Source of the DNA: Listeria riparia FSL S10-1204
Lineage (GTDB): Bacteria > Bacillota > Bacilli > Lactobacillales > Listeriaceae
DNA: 32,000 bases
Assembly (NCBI RefSeq): GCF_000525995.1
Contig: NZ_AODL01000007.1
Span: forward strand, 347,252 to 379,251
Reading direction: 5' to 3'
Part shown: positions 8,712 through 16,212 of the stretch, piece by piece
Position numbering within the stretch: position 1 is the first letter of the stretch
Layout: every line of letters begins with the position of its first letter
The notes under the pieces: generated by a model
What the model saw: only the letters and a program-made list of their open reading frames with translations
What the model was told of the DNA's origin: nothing
Databases searched by the model: none
Program-made: the position numbers and the translations under genes

Positions 8712-10208
8712 TTATTGTCTTAGTCCGATATCATCTAAATTCATAGATGCTTCCGTCTTTTTCTTACCTTTTCTTGCAAAAAGCCGGTATGCTTGCCAAC
8801 ATCCCCACGCAGCAATGACTGAGTAGCCGATAATTAAAGGCACATGATATCTACCTTGTACTTCTACGAGAAGCCCTGACAAAGTAAATCCGACTTGTAG
8901 CAAGACGAATAAATAAATATCCGCTATCTTTCTTAAATAAAGTGCCAGTACGACAGTCAGGAAGTTAAGCCCTAACAAGATGTACATAAACACATTGCAA
9001 ATCGTTAAAATAAGACCTGAATGGTACCAAATGAATGGTGCATCACTGTAAATATTCCAGTCGTATCCGTAACTCTCGTTGCTATAATTTTTCATTTTAT
9101 TAACAAAATGCTCTCCTAATTTTCCATTCTTCGCCATTTCCTTGTAGCGATCTAAGCCTTGTTGCAACATAGCGCTGTCTGCTTTAGATGTATTTGTTTT
9201 GTTTGCATTGTAAAGTTTCCAAAATGTATCGGAATCTTCTTTGCTCCATTGCCCACCTGACTTTTCGTTTGATCCCACAAGTACGTTATAACCGACAGTA
9301 CTATTGGCAGTTGGAATGTGGTAAACCAATTTATTGATAGTCGATTGACCAGCAAGGAAAACAAGAAATAGTACTACTACAAAGGCATATCTTTTAAGTG
9401 TTTCTTTACGATTCGGTCGAAGTAAAAATGAAGTTATAACAAAAGCAATTAGCAAAACTACTGCCAATGGTCGAATCATATTTAATGCTATCAGCGCAAC
9501 TACTAGTAGTAATGACCAGAAAAAACTCGGTGCTCTTTGTTCCACTTGTTGGTATAAGAAAAGTGCCAAGACAAATAGGAACATGAATAGGGGCTCGGTC
9601 GCTAGTAACGTACTGTACATAAAGTATGCCGGCCATAATGCGAAAATAAGGCTACTGCCTACTGCGACTCCAAGTGGAAACCAGTTTTTCACGACTCGGA
9701 AAAGTAAAAATGTACCCGCTAGCATTAAGACACTATTGAATAACTGACCTGCCAAGTAACTATTTCCAAAGATATTGTAAACAACAGATAATACATTGGA
9801 AAAATTGAGAATGTGTGTAAAGTATGGTGCATAAAATAAAATTCCTTGATCGTACAACGTTTCCCAACTGTTGTTATCCGCGACATAGCTTGCAATAACA
9901 TGGTAGTAATAAAAATCGGAAACAGCATGTGTTGGTATCCAAACAATCCATACGATTCTTGGGATTAAAATCAATGCAGCTAGTGCTACGTAAAAATAAA
10001 CCTTTTTCCATTGATAGAGCCTAATAAAGGCCCAAGTGCATAAAGCCAAGATAAGCAAAATTCCGGCACCAATCGCCAAAAGCATCCAAATTGAGGAGAA
10101 ACTTTTGTCAGACGGTTGCTGTAGTAGAATTGCTGTACTGACTAGAAAAACAATCATAATAAGTGCTGGAATCCATAAGGCAATTCCCGTTAAGCTTTTT
10201 TTAAGCAC
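8712..10208 (-). CDS. Polytopic GT-C-fold glycosyltransferase (PMT_2/ArnT/GT39-like).
   Basis: This is a 498-aa protein with about 12 predicted TM segments. The first external loop carries an acidic motif (HAVSDFYYYH), and there is a large extracytoplasmic loop (TANSTVGYNVLVGSNEKSGGQWSKEDSD...). It starts at GTG after GGAGGAG. The family assignment is by overall pattern only. Confidence 0.65.
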   Translation of the reverse strand: MLKKSLTGIALWIPALIMIVFLVSTAILLQQPSDKSFSSIWMLLAIGAGILLILALCTWAFIRLYQWKKVYFYVALAALILIPRIVWIVWIPTHAVSDFYYYHVIASYVADNNSWETLYDQGILFYAPYFTHILNFSNVLSVVYNIFGNSYLAGQLFNSVLMLAGTFLLFRVVKNWFPLGVAVGSSLIFALWPAYFMYSTLLATEPLFMFLFVLALFLYQQVEQRAPSFFWSLLLVVALIALNMIRPLAVVLLIAFVITSFLLRPNRKETLKRYAFVVVLFLVFLAGQSTINKLVYHIPTANSTVGYNVLVGSNEKSGGQWSKEDSDTFWKLYNANKTNTSKADSAMLQQGLDRYKEMAKNGKLGEHFVNKMKNYSNESYGYDWNIYSDAPFIWYHSGLILTICNVFMYILLGLNFLTVVLALYLRKIADIYLFVLLQVGFTLSGLLVEVQGRYHVPLIIGYSVIAAWGCWQAYRLFARKGKKKTEASMNLDDIGLRQ

Positions 10209-10235
10209 GTTGCTCCTCCTTGATACAATTTATAA

Positions 10236-10282
10236 AAGCTGTGGCACTCGTGATGCCGAATGTGAAGGTCCGGCCACAGCTT
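10236..10282 (-). terminator. Hairpin downstream of the 1301-aa adhesin gene.
   Basis: A perfect 10-bp stem pairs AAGCTGTGGC (10236-10245) with GCCACAGCTT (10273-10282). The loop is 27 nt, and the minus-strand transcript continues TTTTAT. Confidence 0.5.
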
Positions 10283-10356
10283 CTTTTTGATTACTTTGCG
10301 TGTTGTTTATAATGAATATAGCATTTTATAAATCAGCTATATTGGCCTTGATAATA

Positions 10357-13300
10357 TCAGTCGCTCCAAACATGTGTTGTTTGATATTGAAGTATATTTC
10401 CTGTTAAATCGTCAAGAAGTAAATATCTTACTCCTTCATACGTAGCATATACTTTTACCTGCATAGTTGGAGTTGTCCAGATACCAGAACTATCGCTCAC
10501 CATTTCTTGATGATATGTTCCATTTGAAGTACCAATGACTTTAGTAAACTGGAACGTACCGTATTGGTTATACGTATCTACAGAGTATACTACGCCTGCT
10601 GGTACATCAGCTACATGTGGATAAAGATAGAAATCAATTCCACGTACTCCGCTTCCACTATCAGGGTATGCACCGTCCCTACGATCATTTACAAGCTCAA
10701 TATCAACACTTCCTACACGATCAGCGATACTCTTATTAACAGTGACATTGATTGTTTTCGTGATGTTTGATCCGTCTGTTGTTTTCACTGCAATTGTTGT
10801 TGTTCCTGATTTTTTCGCTGTCCAGTTTCCGTTAGCATCTACTGTAATGATGCTTGGGTCTGCTGGTGTGTAGCTCAATGTTTTGTTTGTTGCATTGGAT
10901 GGTGCTACTGTTGCATCGATTTTACCTGTGTCATTTACGTTTGCTGTGATGTTTGATGCTCCTAGTGTAAGATCCGTTGCTAGAACGTCTGTTGCTGTAA
11001 CTGTAAATGTGAATGAACGTACAACATTTCCTGCTGCGTCACGGATTGTTACATTCGTGCTACCAGCTTTGTCGTTATGCACAAGTGCAATTAGGTTTGG
11101 ATCTGATTGGTCTGCTGCTGCAATTGTTGTGTCTGAGAAGGAAACTGTATATCCTTTTGGTTGAACCAATGTGCCAGCACTGTTGTAGAATTGAAGATCT
11201 ACATGTGGTTTGTTAAATTCATTCAAGTATGTGTTTGGAATTTCAAGGATGCCGTTGTTATTGACTGGACGTGAAACGCCATCTTTATTGAAGTTCCATT
11301 TTACACTAGTGATAGCATTCGGATCTGTAACAGTAACATTGACAGTTTTCGTGATGTTAGAGCCATCTGTTGTTTTCACTGCAATTGTTGTTGTTCCTGC
11401 TTTTTTCGCTGTCCAGTTTCCGTTAGCGTCTACTGTAATGATGCTTGAATCTGCTGGTGTGTAGCTCAATGTTTTGTTTGTCGCATTCGATGGTGAGACA
11501 GTTGCATCGATTTTACCTGTATCATTGACGTTTGCTGTAATGTTAGATGCTCCTAGCGTAAGATCAGTTGCTGGAACGTTTGTCGGTGCTGTAACTGTGA
11601 ACGTGAATGAACGTACAACATTTCCTGCTGCATCACGGATTGTTACATTCGTGCTACCAGCTTTCTCATTGTGAACAAGTGCAATTAGATTTGGGTTAGA
11701 GAAGTCTGCTGCTGCAATTGTTGGATCTGAGAATGATACTGTGTATCCTGTTGGTTTTACAAGTACGTTTGAACTATTGTAGAACTGAAGATCTACATGT
11801 GGTGTGTTAAATTCATTCAAGTATGTGTTTGGAATTTCAAGGATGCCGTTGTTATTAACTGGACGTGAAATGCCATCTTTGTTGTAATTCCATTTAACAT
11901 CTGTTACTGCTGTTGGATCAGCGGTAATTGTGATTGTAAATGTGCGTACTACTTTGCCTGATGCGTCTTTTACAGTTACTAATGAGCTTCCTGTTTTCTC
12001 TGTATGTGTAAATGCGATGTGTGTTCCATTAGCTTTTACAGCAGAGAATAGGTCTGGATTAGATAGCGTTGTTGTATACGAGCTAGGGTCTACAATTTTA
12101 TCTTCGCTATTGTAGAATGCAACGTCTACGTTGTTATTGTTGTAGCCATCTTTGTATGTGTTCGGTACAGAAATCTCGCCACCTTCAGCTAGATTAGTAT
12201 CTGGTGTAAAGCCTGTGTGATAAATCCATTTTGCATTAGCTACTGCTGTTGGATCAGCTTGTGCTACAAGTGATGCGTTCATATCTGTACGTGTTTGTTC
12301 TGCATCGATATTGATGTACCCAGATACGCCATCATCACCGAATGCTGCATTCGCTAAGTTGTCATATCCTGCTGGTGGTGTTACTTTCACATAGTAAGTT
12401 CCTGGTGTGATTGTTTCGAATTTGTACAAGCCGTTAGCATCTGTTGTAGTTGTTTCGACAACAGCACCTGTGTTGCTGTAAAGTGTTACTGTTGCTCCAG
12501 CAATACCAGATTCGCCTGCTTCTTGCGTACCGTTTTTGTTCAAGTCATTGAAGACTGTAGAACGGATTTGGCCTGTTTTTTGTGCTAGTGTTAGACGTAG
12601 ATTTGAGATATTGCTTGTGCCGTCAGCTTGCAAGTAGTAACTGTTTCCGTCGCTACCAAAACCTGCTGAAGATTCGAATGTGTAGCCTTCTGGAATGGAA
12701 GCTTTCACATAGTAGTTACCTTCTGAAATTCCGTCAAAGCTGAAGTTACCTTGGCTGTTTGTTGCAACAGTTTTCACAAGTGTACCGTCTACGTTGTAAA
12801 GTGATACGTTTTCGCTGACACCTTGACCACCTGGTGTGTTAATAACGCCAGAAATCGTTGTGTTGGCTTGTTTTTTCAGTGCAATCATGTAGTTAGATGA
12901 TGTGTTTTGACCATCAAGTTGGATGTAGTTACTGTTACCGTCACTACCGAAACCATTACTGCTTGCAAATTCATAGTTGTTTGGAATAACTACTTTTGTA
13001 TAGTAATTTCCTGCTGCTAATCCTGTGAAGTTGTAGTTACCGCTTGCGTCTGTTTGTTTTGCGTCAACTAGGTTTCCTTGTACGTCATGTAGTTCGACAC
13101 GGATGTTTGCAAGTCCGTTACCTGTTGTTGCGTCTTTTACTGTTCCGCTAACTGCAGAGTTGTCTTTTACTTGTTTTTTCAGTGCAATCGTGTAGTTAGA
13201 TGATGTGTTATCGCCGTTTAATTGGATGTAGTTACTGTTTCCATCACTACCAAAACCATTACTGCTTACAAAGTCATAGTCGCTTGGAATCACTACTTTT

Positions 13301-14262
13301 GTATAGTAGTCTCCTGCTGCTAGTCCTGTAAAGTTGTAGCGACCACTTGCATCTGTTTGCTGTGCGTCAATTAAATTGCCTTGTACGTCATGTAGTTCGA
13401 CACGTGTGTTCGCAAGTCCGTTGCCTGTTGCTGCATCTGTTACAGTTCCGCTAACTGCAGAGTTGTTTAGTGTGCTTAGGCCTAAATTCAACTCGTTATG
13501 AAGCGTTTGTTCGCTAGCTACAGAGAAGTAACCTGTTGTTCCATCAGCGCCATAGTATGTGCTTGATTGGTATTTGTAGTTGGCAGGGATGTCTGCTTTT
13601 GCGTAGTATTTACCAGGTTTTACAGCCGTGAAGCTATATGCGCCTGAGCTGTCAGTTGTTGCGTCGGCTACTTTAGTTCCTGATTCGTTGTATAAAGCAA
13701 TATGAACGCCGCTGATTCCAGCTTCTCCGCTGTCTTTTTGACCATTTTTATTAGTATCGTTATATACAAAGCTTTGAATCGCGCCTTGTTGTGGATAGAA
13801 ACCGAAATGGAAGCCTGTGATTGTATTGCCATTCGCAATCGTGAAGTAGCTTGAGTTACCGTCTGCACCGTTGATACCTTGTGATGTATAAAGTTTCTCA
13901 TCGGATGGCAATGTTGACATATCTACATGTAAATAGTATGTGCCGTCTGGAACGTTTGAAAAAGTATATCTGCCGTCTGTTCCTGTTGTAGATGTGCTTA
14001 CTAGTGTTCCTTGGTCGTTGTAAAGCTCTACTTTAATGCCGGCTACACCTGTTGTTTCGTTGTTATCTTGTACGGAATTTCCGTTTAAATCTTCAAACAT
14101 AACATCGCTAATAGTACCTTGACCAGATGCTTTTAATTGTTTGATTGTGTTTTCTGCTGCAGATACAGTCATGTAGGGTTGGATAATTGGTGTTAGGCTT
14201 CCTAATACCAATACGCCTGTGATAGCGCCAAGTCCCCATTTCTTCATTGTCTTCTTATACAT
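10357..14262 (-). CDS. 1301-aa secreted adhesin with SdrD-B/Cna-B-like repeats and Big_2 domains; no recognisable cell-wall anchor.
   Basis: ATG at 14262 follows AGGAGGAA, and the signal peptide is MYKKTMKKWGLGAITGVLVLGSL...VSAAEN. About 7 modules follow the pattern V(F/Y)xDxNxNGxQDxxExGxxGVxVxLYNxxG...TDxxGxYxFxxVxPGxYY. Two tandem copies of a roughly 197-aa unit each end in a Big_2-like segment (ATDLTLGASNITANVNDTGKIDATV.PSNATNKTLSYTPAD.SIITVDANGNWTAKK). The C-terminus ...QYQTTHVWSD has no LPXTG, hydrophobic tail, or GW, LysM or WxL pattern. Confidence 0.9.
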   Translation of the reverse strand: MYKKTMKKWGLGAITGVLVLGSLTPIIQPYMTVSAAENTIKQLKASGQGTISDVMFEDLNGNSVQDNNETTGVAGIKVELYNDQGTLVSTSTTGTDGRYTFSNVPDGTYYLHVDMSTLPSDEKLYTSQGINGADGNSSYFTIANGNTITGFHFGFYPQQGAIQSFVYNDTNKNGQKDSGEAGISGVHIALYNESGTKVADATTDSSGAYSFTAVKPGKYYAKADIPANYKYQSSTYYGADGTTGYFSVASEQTLHNELNLGLSTLNNSAVSGTVTDAATGNGLANTRVELHDVQGNLIDAQQTDASGRYNFTGLAAGDYYTKVVIPSDYDFVSSNGFGSDGNSNYIQLNGDNTSSNYTIALKKQVKDNSAVSGTVKDATTGNGLANIRVELHDVQGNLVDAKQTDASGNYNFTGLAAGNYYTKVVIPNNYEFASSNGFGSDGNSNYIQLDGQNTSSNYMIALKKQANTTISGVINTPGGQGVSENVSLYNVDGTLVKTVATNSQGNFSFDGISEGNYYVKASIPEGYTFESSAGFGSDGNSYYLQADGTSNISNLRLTLAQKTGQIRSTVFNDLNKNGTQEAGESGIAGATVTLYSNTGAVVETTTTDANGLYKFETITPGTYYVKVTPPAGYDNLANAAFGDDGVSGYINIDAEQTRTDMNASLVAQADPTAVANAKWIYHTGFTPDTNLAEGGEISVPNTYKDGYNNNNVDVAFYNSEDKIVDPSSYTTTLSNPDLFSAVKANGTHIAFTHTEKTGSSLVTVKDASGKVVRTFTITITADPTAVTDVKWNYNKDGISRPVNNNGILEIPNTYLNEFNTPHVDLQFYNSSNVLVKPTGYTVSFSDPTIAAADFSNPNLIALVHNEKAGSTNVTIRDAAGNVVRSFTFTVTAPTNVPATDLTLGASNITANVNDTGKIDATVSPSNATNKTLSYTPADSSIITVDANGNWTAKKAGTTTIAVKTTDGSNITKTVNVTVTDPNAITSVKWNFNKDGVSRPVNNNGILEIPNTYLNEFNKPHVDLQFYNSAGTLVQPKGYTVSFSDTTIAAADQSDPNLIALVHNDKAGSTNVTIRDAAGNVVRSFTFTVTATDVLATDLTLGASNITANVNDTGKIDATVAPSNATNKTLSYTPADPSIITVDANGNWTAKKSGTTTIAVKTTDGSNITKTINVTVNKSIADRVGSVDIELVNDRRDGAYPDSGSGVRGIDFYLYPHVADVPAGVVYSVDTYNQYGTFQFTKVIGTSNGTYHQEMVSDSSGIWTTPTMQVKVYATYEGVRYLLLDDLTGNILQYQTTHVWSD
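10745..11926 (-). repeat. Two tandem 591-bp (197-codon) near-identical coding repeats inside the adhesin gene.
   Basis: The string gttttcactgcaattgttgttgttcctg occurs at 10781 and 11372, a 591-bp offset. The protein copies differ at only a few positions. A more diverged half-copy follows at about 11927-12260. Confidence 0.9.
12846..13451 (-). repeat. Two tandem 303-bp (101-codon) coding repeats inside the adhesin gene.
   Basis: The string ccgctaactgcagagttg occurs at 13145 and 13448. The peptide copies are AVSGTV.DA.TGNGLAN.RVELHDVQGNL.DA.QTDASG.YNFTGLAAG.YYTKVVIP.... Confidence 0.9.
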
Positions 14263-14319
14263 GTTAATAATTCCTCCTGATTCTTTGAAACACTTATGAT
14301 GTTTTGTACAAATTATGTC

Positions 14320-14502
14320 TTAGGATACTTGATTGTGTTGCTTCCGTTTATTCTTCGCAAATAAAAGAACGGCTGTTACTGCTGCTATTCCAATGCCTAT
14401 GGTTGCTGCCATGAGCGGATACCCTTGGAGCATTGCCGCACCAATAATAGGACCACCTCCAGTCATTGGGACCAATGGATTTAAATTACCACCTTGACTC
14501 AT
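14320..14502 (-). CDS. 60-aa Gly-rich membrane mini-protein resembling a stand-alone cell-wall sorting signal.
   Basis: ATG at 14502 follows AAGGAGG. The sequence is MSQGGNLNPLVPMTGGGPIIGAAMLQGYPLMAATIGIGIAAVTAVLLFAKNKRKQHNQVS. It consists of a VPMTG motif, a hydrophobic segment and a basic tail. It lies 57 nt upstream of the adhesin start with no intervening terminator. Confidence 0.6.
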   Translation of the reverse strand: MSQGGNLNPLVPMTGGGPIIGAAMLQGYPLMAATIGIGIAAVTAVLLFAKNKRKQHNQVS

Positions 14503-14639
14503 TGTTTAGCCTCCTTACTACAGTTTGAGTTTTTTAACCTAGAACTTCCGGACTTAGCTGGAATCAGGTCGAGAATTGATTGTCATTTCTTAGCCTCCTA
14601 GTTAATTGTGTTTTAGATTGATTTTTCAATAAATATATT

Positions 14640-15318
14640 TTAGTATGGTATGCTTATGTCAGCTTTATTTAGAATGAATTGGTTTGTGTCTGCTTCGAAA
14701 ATCCCGTTGTTTTCGAAATCTTTGCAGAGGTATGTCATGTGTTGTCTTGTCATGCCTAGATAATTCGAAATTATCTTTTTTGTAAAAATTTTCGGTAATA
14801 TTATTTGATATTGATTTTCTTCACCGTATTGTTGTCCTAGATGTGTGAGGGTGAGGAGAAGTTGTTTTTTTTGTTTCTTCGGTTTGGAGAAGTTGTTTTT
14901 GTAGGAGATTAGCGTTGACTAGTTTCATATATTGGTAGAGGTAGAACGCGCCTTCTTGAGAATACATTAGCTTGCTCATGACTTCTTCTTTGGAAAAGCG
15001 CCAAGTCACAATGTCGGTTAGAGCGATGACACTTGTAAATGATGGTTCGTTTCCTAGTATTTCGTTGAAACCAATAATGTCGTTTTCGCCGATGAAGCTA
15101 TTAATATGCTCATTTTTCCATACGCCACAAATACCAGATTGGATGAAATAGATGTAATCGTGTATTTCGTTTTCAATCACTATATAATCTTTTTTTCGGA
15201 ACACTTTTCTTTCTTTATCTATAGGAAAAGATGTTTTGTCTGATAAAACGTTTAGTAATTCTGTGCTGCTAAATTCTTCTTCCATAACATCCTTATCGAA
15301 TAATTCCATGTAGCTCAT
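14640..15318 (-). CDS. Crp/Fnr (PrfA-like) family transcriptional regulator, with the frame broken at a T8/A8 run.
   Basis: The track ORF 14821..15318 carries the cNMP-binding-like beta-roll (YFIQSGICGVWKNE...). Removing one A from the run at 14865-14872 extends it. The extension reads ..EETKKQLLLTLTHLGQQYGEENQYQIILPKIFTKKIISNYLGMTRQHMTYLCKDFENNGIFEAD...SIPY*, with the stop at 14640-14642. This is a typical Crp-family HTH, and the total is about 225 aa. Confidence 0.8.
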
Positions 15319-15653
15319 GTTAACAAGCTCCTTTCTCTATCGCCTTTCGATATACATATCATATCACGGTGATGTTTTTCCAGACGGAAACTATACGTCA
15401 CAAAGCTCTCTTTATTTCAGAGAATTTGTGAACAATATTCGTGATACCAAAATGTTTTTTTGAACAGGATTAGTATACATTCTTTTTGGGTTTCCCTACT
15501 TTTTGAGGTGTTGGCTTGTCGTGGTACGTATGGGTTGAATATATGCTTGGGGTGTTACAAAAATCGGATTATGGTATTCTTAAATAGCTAAAAAGGTGGT
15601 TATAGAGGTTGTTTATGAACTTTTTGTGAAGAGTTAAAAAACACGAAAAAACG

Positions 15654-15705
15654 TAAAAAAAGACTAATCATGGTATAAAGAGGCTTTATGTATACCATGA
15701 TTAGT
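15654..15705 (-). terminator. Strong Rho-independent terminator (15-bp stem plus U8).
   Basis: ACTAATCATGGTATA (15663-15677) pairs with TATACCATGATTAGT (15691-15705) as a perfect stem with a 13-nt loop. On the minus strand it is followed by T8 (A-run 15654-15661). Confidence 0.7.
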
Positions 15706-15713
15706 ATATAATT

Positions 15714-15754
15714 TAAAAAATCGGCAGGCGCCAAGTTGTTGGCTTTCCTACCGA
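15714..15754 (-). terminator. Rho-independent terminator of the small membrane-protein gene.
   Basis: TCGGCAGG (15721-15728) pairs with CCTACCGA (15747-15754); the single non-Watson-Crick position is a G-U pair on the minus transcript. It is followed on the minus strand by T6. Confidence 0.6.
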
Positions 15755-15768
15755 CTTTCTCGTATTAC

Positions 15769-16108
15769 TTAGGCATTTTCTTCTGATAAATCGTCTGCAG
15801 TACTAAGTCCGATTAGACCTGCTACTGAACAAAAGGACAATTGGAAGTAGGAACATCATAGAAACGCTCATTGTGCAGGCTACTGCCGAGGCAATTAGCA
15901 TAACGCCACCTTTTAGCGGAGCTTTATGCATAATCATTGCGCCGAATAAACCGACAAATGACATCGCTAGTGTTGCGAAATTAAGAATCGTAAACACTAA
16001 TGAGTCTTCTTCCAAAACGCGTGCAATACTGTCTACGGAAATAACGGTTAGGCTAAGTCCCATCGCTAGCAATGCGCCAATAATCCCCAATGTTTTCTCA
16101 AAATTCAT
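15769..16108 (-). CDS. Small multi-TM membrane protein (DUF4064-like pattern); a possible 1-nt indel at 15831-15834.
   Basis: The sequence is MNFEKTLGIIGALLAMGLSL... with 3-4 TM helices. The track ORF ends at 15803 with ..LLFSSRSNRT*. Removing one base from the run at 15831-15834 gives ..PIVLCSVAGLIGLSTADDLSEENA*. That version ends at 15769, 14 nt before the terminator. The extension is tentative. Confidence 0.6.
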
Positions 16109-16212
16109 CGTAAAAACTCCATTCGATAGACATATTTATCCGTTTTCGCGTATAAGCTAACGCAAACGTGTGGATACTTTTATGTTACCATTTTTACATG
16201 CAATTTGGCAAC

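Noticed and set aside
9152-9946. Small minus-strand ORFs 9152..9364, 9406..9636 and 9725..9946.
   Set aside because: They are out-of-frame ORFs fully nested in the 498-aa GT-C membrane-protein gene and have no independent support.
10564-12115. Plus-strand ORFs inside the adhesin gene (10564..10770, 10883..11164, 11210..11464, 11474..11674, 11930..12115) and the minus-strand ORF 13668..13901.
   Set aside because: These are antisense or alternative-frame shadows of a repeat-rich gene. They duplicate with the 591-bp repeat, as expected for non-genes.
15440-15470. CRP-box-like sequence TGTGAACAATATTCGTGA upstream of the PrfA-like regulator gene.
   Set aside because: Only one half-site matches TGTGA-N6-TCACA, and the reverse complement does not reproduce the motif. 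I cannot support it as a binding site.
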